Assembly: GCA_023898645.1 (NCBI GenBank)
Contig: CP060232.1
Coordinates: 270,001-302,000, forward strand
Direction of reading: 5' to 3'
Length of the DNA stretch: 32,000 nt
Origin: Candidatus Saccharimonadota bacterium
Lineage (GTDB): Bacteria > Patescibacteriota > Saccharimonadia > Saccharimonadales > Saccharimonadaceae
The position numbers were made by a program, and so were the translations under genes. This document shows positions 1 through 8,579 of the stretch, one piece after another; the stretch's first letter is position 1, and each line of letters opens with the position of its first letter. The notes below the pieces were generated by a model, which did no database searches, had not been told where the DNA came from, and saw only the letters and a list, made by a program, of their open reading frames with translations.

Positions 1-772
1 GTTCAACTTTTTCAGGAGTAGATACCCCTTTGTCCTTTGATGAAATCGGCGCTAGCAGACCCATGACGACACCTACGATACTGGCATGGACACCGCTCAG
101 GTGTGTCGTGAGCCACAGTAATATACCGAGACCTATCACCATCAGTAGTCGTGTTGAAAGGAAAGAGCGGAAAAGGTACGTCATTATAATGATAAAGATC
201 GAGCAGCCAACGAAAAGCAGGTTAACTCCCCCTGTGTAGAACAGACTGATGACGAGTATGGCCAACATGTCATCTGCAACTGCGAGTGCGAGTAGGAAGA
301 TTTTTAACTGGATTGGAACTCGGTCCCCAAGTAGTGAGAGTATGGCGACAGCGATAGCGGTGTCTGTTGCGATGGGTATCCCCCACCCCTGCAGTGCGTT
401 CGTGTGCGCCGTAAAATCTAAATACAAGATTGCAGGAAGTAGCACGCCGCCGATTGCAGCACCGATAGGCAGGATGGCGGTTTTGTGGTCACGCAACTCA
501 CCACGCATAAACTCTCGTTTAATTTCCAACCCGACGACTAGAAAGAACAATGCCATCAAGCCTTCGTTGAGCCATTCTTTGAGCGAAAGATCTAGTCTCC
601 ATGTGTCAAAACCGATTGAAAGTGACTGATGCCAGAAATCTAAAAAGAGGTTTTGCAGCGGAGAGTTGACGACGAGTAGCGACAATAGTGCAGCGACGAT
701 TACTAGTTTGCCGCCAATTGTTTCGTCGCGCAGGAAAAGGCTAAGCGATGCGCTCACTCTGAGCGGGTGCAT
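1..772 (-). CDS. nhaA: Na+/H+ antiporter NhaA, N-terminal ~257 codons (gene runs off the left edge)
   Basis: Missing from the ORF track because its stop lies outside the window. Hand translation of the reverse strand from ATG (770-772) gives MHPLRVSASLSLFLRDETIGGK...ALFFLVVGLEIKREFMRGEL...GWGIPIATDTAIAVAILSLLGDRVP...LLALAVADDMLAILVISLFY. These are the NhaA hallmark segments (GLEIKRE, ATD, DD pair). Track ORFs 30..239(+) and 249..629(+) are antisense shadows. Confidence 0.85.
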   Translation of the reverse strand, partial: MHPLRVSASLSLFLRDETIGGKLVIVAALLSLLVVNSPLQNLFLDFWHQSLSIGFDTWRLDLSLKEWLNEGLMALFFLVVGLEIKREFMRGELRDHKTAILPIGAAIGGVLLPAILYLDFTAHTNALQGWGIPIATDTAIAVAILSLLGDRVPIQLKIFLLALAVADDMLAILVISLFYTGGVNLLFVGCSIFIIIMTYLFRSFLSTRLLMVIGLGILLWLTTHLSGVHASIVGVVMGLLAPISSKDKGVSTPEKVE

Positions 773-804
773 TCTGTAAATAAGGTGTCGAACCGCTTCC
801 ATTG

Positions 805-1524
805 TTATCTTGGCCTCCTTAGAGCATGCTTACGGGCGAGTTTTGCTAAACGGTCATCTATGTCTGCCGCTACAAAGTCACCGAACTTTTTTATTGCCGC
901 TTGTTCGATTAGCCAGTCAGCAATGGTTGGGTTTTTCGGAAGAAGTGAGCCGTGCATATATGAACCTATCACATTATACTGTCGAGCGCCTTCTATGCCG
1001 TCGCGGCTGTTGTTGCCGGCCCCCTGGATGACGGTGCCTAGGGGCTGAACTCCTTCGCCCAAAAAAGTCTGGCCACTATGATTTTCGTAGCCGATGATAT
1101 CTCCAAATTGTTCACTGTGCGTCACGATGTTTCCGATTAAGCGTTCCGGGCCCGCGACGGTCGATATATCAAGTAGGCCTATGCCGTCGATTGTGTGTCC
1201 ATCTTGTGTCTTGAAGTATTTTCCAAATAATTGATACAAACCACAAATCATGAGCATTGGCGTGCCGTCTTTGGCGAGTTCTCTGAGTTTACTGCCAATT
1301 TTCATCAGGTCGTCTTTGATTTTGTCTTGGCCGCTGTCTTGGCCGCCGCCCCCAACGATAATATCGACATCGTCCGGGAATGTGTCGCCAGGGTTGTAGT
1401 TGATTACTTTAGGTTCGTAACTATGCCATTTAATACGCTTTTCGAGTACGAGTGTATTGCCGTGGTCCCCGTATATATTCATGTCGCGCGGGTAAAGCTG
1501 TAGGATAACGAGCTGTTTTTTCAT
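805..1524 (-). CDS. gatD: Lipid II isoglutaminyl synthase, glutaminase subunit GatD (CobB/CobQ-like glutamine amidotransferase)
   Basis: 239 aa. Amidotransferase-like motifs are present: PMLMICGLYQLFG (nucleophile Cys) and GYENHSG. Its start overlaps the murT stop in ATGA (1521-1524), the known murT-gatD arrangement. Confidence 0.85.
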   Translation of the reverse strand: MKKQLVILQLYPRDMNIYGDHGNTLVLEKRIKWHSYEPKVINYNPGDTFPDDVDIIVGGGGQDSGQDKIKDDLMKIGSKLRELAKDGTPMLMICGLYQLFGKYFKTQDGHTIDGIGLLDISTVAGPERLIGNIVTHSEQFGDIIGYENHSGQTFLGEGVQPLGTVIQGAGNNSRDGIEGARQYNVIGSYMHGSLLPKNPTIADWLIEQAAIKKFGDFVAADIDDRLAKLARKHALRRPR

Positions 1525-2786
1525 CGTATATCCTCCACGTGCGTTAGTTTGCCGAGCTCACGTCGCAGCGCTAGCATGGCGGTATATGTGCAATAGATTC
1601 GCTTGGGCGAAGATACGTTTTTAGAAAGGAAGTTTTTCAGTCCACCCGCTAAGTCGACGTCGATGCCGTCGACGGGAACTTCGTCGTATTGTAAACGCAA
1701 CGCCATGTCATGGGCACGAATACCGCTAACTTGAGTGACACCGCCTTGACGCAAACTGTCGAAATTAACGTCCCAGAGCCAGCTCATGTCGCGACCGTCC
1801 GCATAATTATCATTGATTGCAATCATAGTTGCTACATTAGTAGGGTCAAATGAGCTTAGGCTTAGTCGGAAACCACTCGGGTTTTTTACAAGAATCAATT
1901 CGCACGGTTGGCCACCCACGATGAGACGTTCGCCACGGCCAAATGCTGGCGTAACTTCTGAAAGACGCTTAATAAGTTTGTCTTGTTTGACGCTATTTCC
2001 CATAACCGCTCGAGCAAGCGCTAGGGCCGCCGCGGCGTTATAGACGTTATAGACGCCCTGTAGTTTGAGCGGAGTTTTGATCGATGCGCCGTCAATGGTG
2101 AAGACTGCTTCTTCGTTCAGCTCAGTCAAGACCACATCGGCAACTGGTATTTCGGTTTGTTTGGTGGCGGGTCCGTGCATATCGTCATCGTTAGGAAAAG
2201 TGTGTCGGAGCGAGTCTGCTAATCCGAAAAAGTGGACATTAGTTTGTAGTGTTGAGGCGATTGCACGTAATCGTGGATCTTCACGATTTATGACAACTGT
2301 GTCTGTTGTTGCGTTCGCGATGTGCGCTAGCATGCTGGCAGTCGTGTCTATTTCGCCAAATCGGTCTAACTGGTCGCGCATGACATTGAGAAGAAGTGTG
2401 TATCGTGGAGGAATTTGATTAACGAAATGAACGGCATGCGCTTCGTCTAGTTCTAAAACGGCAATGTCGGCGTGTAGCCGACCTCGTCGATCTACGTCGC
2501 CAAGCAGGGCGGCTGCTACGCCGCGACTAAAATTGCTGCCAGTTCGGTTCGTAAAGACTTTCAAACCCTGACTTTCCAATAGCTCGACAACCATTTTTGT
2601 TGTCGTCGTTTTGCCGTTCGTACCACTGACGAGTACGACGCCGCGGGGTAGCTGCGCTAATGTATCGCTTACGAAATTACGATCAATCTTTTCGACAAAC
2701 AATCCGGGCAGGGCAGAGCCACCGCCGCGCAGTCGGGCGATGTAACGGACGACCTTGCCGGCGAAAACACTATAGGGCTTTGTCAT
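1521..2786 (-). CDS. murT: Lipid II isoglutaminyl synthase, Mur-ligase-like subunit MurT
   Basis: Track ORF 1521..2897 trimmed to ATG 2786 (MTKPYSVFAGK...), because TGCTATAAT sits 9 nt upstream of that ATG. Mur ligase P-loop VSGTNGKTTT is present and the gene is translationally coupled to gatD. Confidence 0.85.
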   Translation of the reverse strand: MTKPYSVFAGKVVRYIARLRGGGSALPGLFVEKIDRNFVSDTLAQLPRGVVLVSGTNGKTTTTKMVVELLESQGLKVFTNRTGSNFSRGVAAALLGDVDRRGRLHADIAVLELDEAHAVHFVNQIPPRYTLLLNVMRDQLDRFGEIDTTASMLAHIANATTDTVVINREDPRLRAIASTLQTNVHFFGLADSLRHTFPNDDDMHGPATKQTEIPVADVVLTELNEEAVFTIDGASIKTPLKLQGVYNVYNAAAALALARAVMGNSVKQDKLIKRLSEVTPAFGRGERLIVGGQPCELILVKNPSGFRLSLSSFDPTNVATMIAINDNYADGRDMSWLWDVNFDSLRQGGVTQVSGIRAHDMALRLQYDEVPVDGIDVDLAGGLKNFLSKNVSSPKRIYCTYTAMLALRRELGKLTHVEDIR

Positions 2787-2795
2787 ATCGTCTCT

Positions 2796-2823
2796 ATTAT
2801 AGCAGGGGCCCTGATGATATAAT
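2796..2823. promoter_or_regulatory. Back-to-back divergent extended -10 promoters in a 43-bp spacer
   Basis: TGCTATAAT on the reverse strand (2796-2804) lies 9 nt from the murT ATG. TGATATAAT on the forward strand (2815-2823) lies 6 nt from ATG 2830. There is no Shine-Dalgarno in either direction. Confidence 0.6.
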
Positions 2824-2829
2824 ACGGTT

Positions 2830-3207
2830 ATGCTTTTGGTTACAGAGCTGCTCCGCTGGTGGTATACAGCCGGCTGGCGTGGGCGGGCGAAACTCATCGC
2901 CGTACAACTCGATGGTACAATCGATTATTTTTCGATGGACCTTCTCATAAAAACGCTTTTTGCGCCGTATAGGCAAATATCCGCCGGAGGTGTCGATGGA
3001 TCCCTCGAGGTAAAGATGCGAGCCCTCGTTGACAAGCTTTTTTCACGAATCATTGGCGCAGCTATACGACTTGTCATCCTTATCATCGGCGCGATTACTA
3101 TTATGTTGCAGGCTTTGATGGGCGGACTGATTTTGCTGGTATGGGGTTTAGCACCGCTGTTTCCCGTAGTGGGATTCATACTGAGCGTGAAAGGGCCGGT
3201 GCTTTAA
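2830..3207 (+). CDS. Small hypothetical membrane protein (two C-terminal hydrophobic helices)
   Basis: 125 aa with a leaderless-type promoter. The hydrophobic stretch is IIGAAIRLVILIIGAITIMLQALMGGLILLVWGLAPLFPVVGFIL. Its stop TAA (3205-3207) overlaps the next ATG (3207-3209) as TAATG. No family recognised. Confidence 0.55.
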   Translation: MLLVTELLRWWYTAGWRGRAKLIAVQLDGTIDYFSMDLLIKTLFAPYRQISAGGVDGSLEVKMRALVDKLFSRIIGAAIRLVILIIGAITIMLQALMGGLILLVWGLAPLFPVVGFILSVKGPVL

Positions 3208-5597
3208 TGCAGTCGACGTTTTACAAATACACCAGTATACGAGCGGCAAAGGCTCGATTAGGCGTAAGGCTTGGTAAACCATTGTTGGTGGTGTTATTGC
3301 TCCTGGCATTTTTGTTTGTGGCGGGCGGGGTGTTAGCTCTTTATGTGCATAGTACATGGGGGTGGTTGGCGATTGGTTTGGCCGCTTTTCCAATTATGTT
3401 ATATATGTGGCATCGCGGCGATTTGGAACATCCGACCGCAACGACCAATTCAATAGACGGTTTACTCGATGGCGACATACTTGGCCGACTGAGCAAGGAT
3501 CCGACACCTAAAGAAATAGCGAGTGTTGCAACTTCAGTGCGTGGCGGACAATTTTTTGCTGTTCGTTTCGGCATCACTGGCAGCTTCTTAAATGACATTA
3601 CTAGCGAAAAGCCCGAAGATACTGAAACGGTTTGGCAACACGCTCTTGATGTTCGCCAACAATCTGGCAGTGAGTATATATCTGGCGCCGTATTGGCAGT
3701 GGCGCTTCTTCAAAGCTTCCCTGATCACGAAAAACTACTCGCTCACATGCATCTAGACATGGGAGACATGATTGCAGGTGTACGTTGGTATGAACATTTA
3801 CGACTTCTCATTAGCAAAATCAAGGAACCACGACGGTCTGGTGGTATAGCTCGCGACTTTTCGTTTGGTTACACACCGTTATTGAAGCGTTTCGGGATTA
3901 ATTTATCTGAACAAGCGAGCGGGCGCATAACGGTCGAAGTGGCGTCGCATATGAAAGCACTAGATCAGCTAATCGACACCTTTGGGAGTGGCGGTAGGCA
4001 AAATGCGGCACTCGTGGGCGCCGAGGGTACGGGCAAAACAACGATTGTTCATGCGTTTGCTGACAGGATTCTTGATGCAAAAGCAAAAATACCGTCGAGT
4101 CTAAAATTTCGCCAGGTATTCATGCTGGACTCTGCGGCACTTATTGCAGCTGCGCCCGGCAGAGGCGAGCTGGAGGGGCTGATTATGCAGGTGCTGGGCG
4201 AGGCCTATAGCGCCAAAAACATTATCATCTGCCTAGACAACGCCCAGCTGTTTTTTGAGGAGGGAATTGGATCAGTCGATCTCACGAACGTACTGTTGCC
4301 TATTTTAGAAGCAGGTAATCTTCGCGTTATTTTAACTATGGATGAGCAGCGATTGCTGCAGATCGGTCAGCGTAATCCTGCGCTCGTGAATGCTTTAAAC
4401 CGCATTAGTGTCTCGCCGGCAAACCGCGAAGAAACGATAGCCGTCATGCAGGATCAGCTGATATATACCGAATATCAACGCAAAGTCACCTATATGTATC
4501 AATCGTTGGCCGAGGCGTATCGATTAAGCGAAAGGTACGTGCATGATCTTTCTATGCCTGGACGTGCAATGAAACTGCTTGAATCGGGTGCTAGTTATGC
4601 GGAGGGTGGATTAGTGACAGGCAACTCCATCCAACAAGCGATTGAGCAGACGATGGACATCAAGGTTGGAGTGGCTAGCGGTGAAGACGAGCGTGAAAAA
4701 TTATTAAATCTTGAGGATTTGATTCACAAGCGCATGATAAATCAGACTCGTGCCGTGCAGGTGGTGAGCGATGCGCTGAGACGAGCGCGAGCGGGCGTGC
4801 GCAACGAGAACCGGCCAATTGGTACGTTTTTATTCTTGGGTCCAACTGGCGTCGGTAAGACAGAACTTGCTAAGGCCTTGGCTGACGTCTATTTCGGAGG
4901 AGAAGACCGCATGATTCGTCTTGATTTAAATGAATACGTACGCGATGAAGACGTGTCGCGTTTGATTGCCGATGGTGCCGACGATCCGACCAGCCTCACG
5001 GCGCAGGCTATGAAGCAGCCGTTTAGCGTAGTGTTGCTAGACGAAATCGAAAAAGCAAATCCGAAAGTACTGACGACGTTGCTTCAGCTACTCGACGAAG
5101 GCATCTTGCGCGATATTAAAAACCGTGAAGTTAGTTTCCGTGACGCCATCGTGATTGCAACGAGCAATGCCGGCGCCGATCGAATCCGCGAATATATTGA
5201 GCGTGGCTATAAGCTGCAAGATTTCGAGCAAAAATTTACGGACGAACTCATTAGTAGTAATCAATTCAAGCCGGAATTTTTGAACCGTTTTGACGAAATT
5301 GTCATATTCCGGCCGCTTGAAAAGCCGGAGCTCGTACAGGTTATCGATTTGATATTGGCTGGCGTTAACAAGCAAATGGCTTTACAAAAAGTCAGCGTTA
5401 ATGTGGCTCAAGATGCCAAGGAGTTGCTGGTCGACAAGGGCTACGATCCACGACTTGGTGCGCGGCCAATGCGTCGTGTCGTTCAGCGGGCAGTAGAAAA
5501 TCTCGTCGCCAAGCAAATGCTCACCGGCAGCGTGGAGCCGGGCACCGTTATAGAGATTACGCGCGACGAAGTACAAAAAATGCTTGAAAACCAATGA
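3207..5597 (+). CDS. Membrane-anchored Clp/Hsp100-family double AAA+ ATPase (ClpA/B/C-like)
   Basis: Track ORF 3141..5597 trimmed to ATG 3207 (MQSTFYKY...), which is coupled to the upstream stop. Two N-terminal hydrophobic helices (PLLVVLLLLAFLFVAGGVLALYV; WGWLAIGLAAFPIMLYMW). D1 Walker A GAEGTGKTT (4017-4043) and D1 Walker B IIICLDN (4221-4241). D2 Walker A GPTGVGKTE (from 4839) and D2 Walker B VVLLDEIEKA. Also the Clp-type segment INQTRAVQVVSDALRRARAG and GARPMRR near the C-terminus. Confidence 0.8.
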   Translation: MQSTFYKYTSIRAAKARLGVRLGKPLLVVLLLLAFLFVAGGVLALYVHSTWGWLAIGLAAFPIMLYMWHRGDLEHPTATTNSIDGLLDGDILGRLSKDPTPKEIASVATSVRGGQFFAVRFGITGSFLNDITSEKPEDTETVWQHALDVRQQSGSEYISGAVLAVALLQSFPDHEKLLAHMHLDMGDMIAGVRWYEHLRLLISKIKEPRRSGGIARDFSFGYTPLLKRFGINLSEQASGRITVEVASHMKALDQLIDTFGSGGRQNAALVGAEGTGKTTIVHAFADRILDAKAKIPSSLKFRQVFMLDSAALIAAAPGRGELEGLIMQVLGEAYSAKNIIICLDNAQLFFEEGIGSVDLTNVLLPILEAGNLRVILTMDEQRLLQIGQRNPALVNALNRISVSPANREETIAVMQDQLIYTEYQRKVTYMYQSLAEAYRLSERYVHDLSMPGRAMKLLESGASYAEGGLVTGNSIQQAIEQTMDIKVGVASGEDEREKLLNLEDLIHKRMINQTRAVQVVSDALRRARAGVRNENRPIGTFLFLGPTGVGKTELAKALADVYFGGEDRMIRLDLNEYVRDEDVSRLIADGADDPTSLTAQAMKQPFSVVLLDEIEKANPKVLTTLLQLLDEGILRDIKNREVSFRDAIVIATSNAGADRIREYIERGYKLQDFEQKFTDELISSNQFKPEFLNRFDEIVIFRPLEKPELVQVIDLILAGVNKQMALQKVSVNVAQDAKELLVDKGYDPRLGARPMRRVVQRAVENLVAKQMLTGSVEPGTVIEITRDEVQKMLENQ

Positions 5598-5734
5598 GAT
5601 TTTGCCAGAGTGCACCTAACAGAAACAGTACTTAATACTTACGTTTTTTAGCTTTAGCTTAGTATAACCTGCTATAATTAAATGACACTCCCCTTGATTA
5701 CTGAAGGGGTAAAAGGAATATAGGTGAGCGCATT

Positions 5735-6112
5735 ATGTCAAATATACTACTTGTAGAAGATGAAAAGGTGTTGCGTGACGCATATACTATATTGCTTAAT
5801 TCTCAGGGTGGTTATAATGTTCAAACTGCCAGTAACGGCAAAGAAGCGCTTGAGTATCTCGAGCACAACTCGTACGATTTGATATTGCTAGATATTATGA
5901 TGCCTGTTTTGGACGGCATAGGATTTTTAAAGGAAGGAATGCTTTCCGAAAAATCACCGAATACTCGGGTAGTAGTGCTGAGCAATCTATCTGGTGGTCA
6001 GGAAGTCAAGGAAGCCATGAGACTCGGCGCCCATAGGAGCGCCGTAAAGTCCGATCTTGGTCCCGGCGACGTGATGACAATTGTCCAAGAAGAACTTGCT
6101 AAATTGAAATAA
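5735..6112 (+). CDS. Single-domain response regulator (CheY-like receiver only)
   Basis: 125 aa. LLVEDE...DLILLDIMMP (phospho-acceptor Asp)...VVVLSNLS...AVKSDL (conserved Lys). No output domain. TGCTATAAT at 5670-5678, a leader hairpin at 5690-5709 and GGTGA 8 nt before the ATG. Confidence 0.85.
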   Translation: MSNILLVEDEKVLRDAYTILLNSQGGYNVQTASNGKEALEYLEHNSYDLILLDIMMPVLDGIGFLKEGMLSEKSPNTRVVVLSNLSGGQEVKEAMRLGAHRSAVKSDLGPGDVMTIVQEELAKLK

Positions 6113-6117
6113 CTAAG

Positions 6118-7260
6118 TTATCGGGCTGCCATGCCTTTTTGTGGAATTTGTACGTAAAACGTCGTACCTTTGTGTTCGGTACTTTCAAACCAGATTTTAC
6201 AACTTGAAGCATCGAGCATCATTTTTATGAGGTAAAGTCCGATTCCTGTACCTACCTCGCCACTTTTGACTGCGTTATTTGCACGAAAGAAGCGATTAAA
6301 AACATATTCTTTAGCTTCTTCTGGTACGCCGATTCCGTTGTCTTTTACAGCCAGTAAGTAGCCTTTGTTGTTTTTAATAAATGCCACATCGATGACTCCT
6401 TCATCGTGTTTTGTATATCGTATGGCGTTTGTGAGTAGATTGTGAATGACCTGATCAAAAATAGTAACATCTACCGGCACGTCTTCTATAAGCGCATCGG
6501 GCGTGAACTTTATTGTGATGTTTTTTTCTTTTGCAAGCGGGCTAATTTCATTTATATGTTTTGCCAAAAGATCATTGATGTTCATCGGCGTAGGTTTAGT
6601 GGCGAAATTTCCAAGCTCAACCTTAGAAATATTGAGGATGTCGTCTACGAGTTTGATTAATCGAATACTGGAATCCGTTATCTGATTCATGGGAGCCGAC
6701 TGCTTTTGCTTAACAGGACCGAACGTGCCGCCTGTGAGCATTTCGCTATAGACTCGTATAGCAGTCAGAGGAGTGCGTAATTGATGCGATACGAGCGATA
6801 TAAATTCATCTTTTGCGTTGATTAGTTGTATCTGTTTGGTGACATCTTGAAGGGAACCTATGACCCTTTGCGGCGTGCCGTCGTGCGCGCGCTGTATGAT
6901 TGATCGGCTGTGGACGAATATGTAATTTCCGTCAGCTTTTCGGAATCTATAGTCTGATTCCCATGTATTTTGCCTACTCTCTAGCCATTTACTGATTTCA
7001 ATTTCGAAAAGCAAAGAGTCTTCGGGGTGGACGCGACTTATCCACCAGTCTAGTGTGTTTACACGCTTAGTTCTGCGGTAGCCGCAGTGTTTATATAGTG
7101 CATCGTTCCATGAGACGGTTCCATGCTGCAGGTCGATGTCGTACAGTACGTCATTAGTTGCCTCGAAAAGTAGTCGGTATCGATGGACTGTCTCACGAAG
7201 TTGTTTCTCAAGTTCGTTCGCACGCTTTTTGTGCTTCGGGCGGATTGAACTTAAATCCAT
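6118..7260 (-). CDS. Soluble PAS-domain sensor histidine kinase
   Basis: Track ORF starts at TTG 7284. I prefer ATG 7260 (MDLSSIRPK...) because TGGTATCAT (7267-7275, reverse) lies 6 nt upstream. H-box SHQLRTPLTAI, N-box HNLLTNAIRYT, G-boxes DNGIGVP and GTGIGLYL. PAS-like VSWNDALYKHCGY...YRFRKADGNYIFV. No TM helix. Confidence 0.85.
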   Translation of the reverse strand: MDLSSIRPKHKKRANELEKQLRETVHRYRLLFEATNDVLYDIDLQHGTVSWNDALYKHCGYRRTKRVNTLDWWISRVHPEDSLLFEIEISKWLESRQNTWESDYRFRKADGNYIFVHSRSIIQRAHDGTPQRVIGSLQDVTKQIQLINAKDEFISLVSHQLRTPLTAIRVYSEMLTGGTFGPVKQKQSAPMNQITDSSIRLIKLVDDILNISKVELGNFATKPTPMNINDLLAKHINEISPLAKEKNITIKFTPDALIEDVPVDVTIFDQVIHNLLTNAIRYTKHDEGVIDVAFIKNNKGYLLAVKDNGIGVPEEAKEYVFNRFFRANNAVKSGEVGTGIGLYLIKMMLDASSCKIWFESTEHKGTTFYVQIPQKGMAAR

Positions 7261-7378
7261 ATGAAAATGATACCATAAATACAACTTTCTGTAAAAAAAT
7301 TATTATGATATGGAATTGGTAGAAGATACGTATTAAGGTGTCGGGTGGCTACTGTGGTTACTCGAAATAAGTACAAAG

Positions 7379-7972
7379 TTAACTAGCTGCATCAAATTTG
7401 ATTGCTTGTAGTGCCGTGACGGTAGCCAGCATGTTTTTAGTTGCATCGCAGTATCCCTGGGCCTTTACGTAGCCGTCCGTCAGTTGGATGTAGCCGAATT
7501 CATGAGCTATATATAACTTCCCGCCGCTTCCGTTGCCGGACACGGTGTACTGGTGTAGCTCGAATTGTTTCTTGCCAGTACTAGTCTGTAACGTAGCTGA
7601 CACGACAGCACCTGGTTTGCTTGTGTAGCCGTCACTTGATAGTCCGTTTTGATCCTTTTGAAGTTCAGTCGCCACGTTTAGAGTTCCGGCTTTGTGTTCA
7701 ACTGATATAAAACAGTCGGAAGGGCTATAGAATGCCGCGAGTGACACTTTGTCTGCCGGCCCTTGGCGCCAGTCTGATGCGGCCGTAGTATCAAAGGAGA
7801 ATTGTGATTTGCCAGGAGTTTTTTGGGGTAGGTTAGATGTTGACGAGGCACTAGTTGATGCTTTGATATGATCGAGGTTCATTACTACGGCGACGGACGC
7901 CACTCCTAGAGCAATAAGAACAACGAGCGGAATTATTACACGACGTTTTGATCTTTGGCGAGGTAGTATCAT
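7379..7972 (-). CDS. Hypothetical membrane-anchored extracytoplasmic protein
   Basis: 197 aa. Basic N-terminus followed by one hydrophobic helix (RRVIIPLVVLIALGVASVAVVM), then a Ser/Thr-rich linker and two Cys. No family recognised. Confidence 0.55.
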   Translation of the reverse strand: MILPRQRSKRRVIIPLVVLIALGVASVAVVMNLDHIKASTSASSTSNLPQKTPGKSQFSFDTTAASDWRQGPADKVSLAAFYSPSDCFISVEHKAGTLNVATELQKDQNGLSSDGYTSKPGAVVSATLQTSTGKKQFELHQYTVSGNGSGGKLYIAHEFGYIQLTDGYVKAQGYCDATKNMLATVTALQAIKFDAAS

Positions 7973-8109
7973 GTAGGCAGGTTAGCATAGGCATGAGCAA
8001 AATGATAGCAAAGTCGTCTTAGATTGCTTAGCTAAACGACATGGTGATAATTTCTCTTTAAATTCGTGGATAGCACCGTCGACAAAGTCGTAATCAAACT
8101 GATATCAGT

Positions 8110-8361
8110 TTAGCCAATTTGTTGCTCAAGCGAATTGAGGTCAACTTCTATGTCGGCTAGCTTTGCGCTAATTATTTTTTTTGCGTCTGTTAGCCCTTTG
8201 TTGTATATCTCTGGCGCGAGATTTTCGGTGACAATATCGATTATGTCTTGTGCGGCGATGACGCCAACGCCAATATCCGTCGACTCGTCTATGCGCGTAA
8301 TAATTTCGTTTACACACTTTCTTTGAAGCGCCTCATCTTCTGAGTCCCATTTTCTTTTCAT
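8110..8361 (-). CDS. DUF2164-like small protein
   Basis: 83 aa. The pattern ...GVGVIAAQDIIDIVTENLAPEIYNKGLTDAKKIISAKLADIEVDL matches my recollection of the DUF2164 consensus (LLLDFF..ELGP.IYNQ.L.DA...L..RL.DL). TGCTACTAT lies 6 nt upstream of the ATG. Confidence 0.55.
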   Translation of the reverse strand: MKRKWDSEDEALQRKCVNEIITRIDESTDIGVGVIAAQDIIDIVTENLAPEIYNKGLTDAKKIISAKLADIEVDLNSLEQQIG

Positions 8362-8432
8362 AGTATTATAGTAGCAATTTTGATGGCGAACTTAAATTGG
8401 CATATCGATAAGATTATCGGCTAAAGTCTCCT

Positions 8433-8488
8433 TCGTTCATTCGCTCAGAAAAATACTTCGTGCTTTTCTTCGCTTCATTCACTACGCG
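8433..8488 (-). repeat. tRNA-terminator-associated conserved element, copy A (core)
   Basis: 51/56 nt identical to 9677..9732 by hand alignment. Read on the reverse strand it is purine-rich: CGCGTAGTGAATGAAGCGAAGAAAAGCACGAAGTATTTTTCTGAGCGAATGAACGA. Confidence 0.8.
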
Positions 8489-8540
8489 ACTCTTGCGGCC
8501 TTAGGCTTTGCAAAAGCGCAGGTTCAAGTCAGCGCCGAGA

Positions 8541-8579
8541 CCAAATAAATAAGGCCACGCTGTGACCATATTTATTTGG
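8541..8579. terminator. Hairpin terminator downstream of tRNA-Arg(TCT); stem includes the tRNA CCA
   Basis: CCAAATAAATA (8541-8551) pairs perfectly with TATTTATTTGG (8569-8579). The inner part extends with one mismatch. The right arm overlaps the tRNA 3' end at 8577-8579. Confidence 0.7.

Noticed and set aside
30-629. Track ORFs 30..239(+) and 249..629(+)
   Set aside because: They lie antisense to a clearly recognisable NhaA reading frame on the reverse strand. Their translations are low-complexity and have no start context.
8096-8111. Perfect 16-nt palindrome AAACTGATATCAGTTT overlapping the stop of the DUF2164 gene
   Set aside because: It occurs once, has no loop (so it is a poor hairpin) and has no second copy in the window. 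I cannot tell a binding site from chance.
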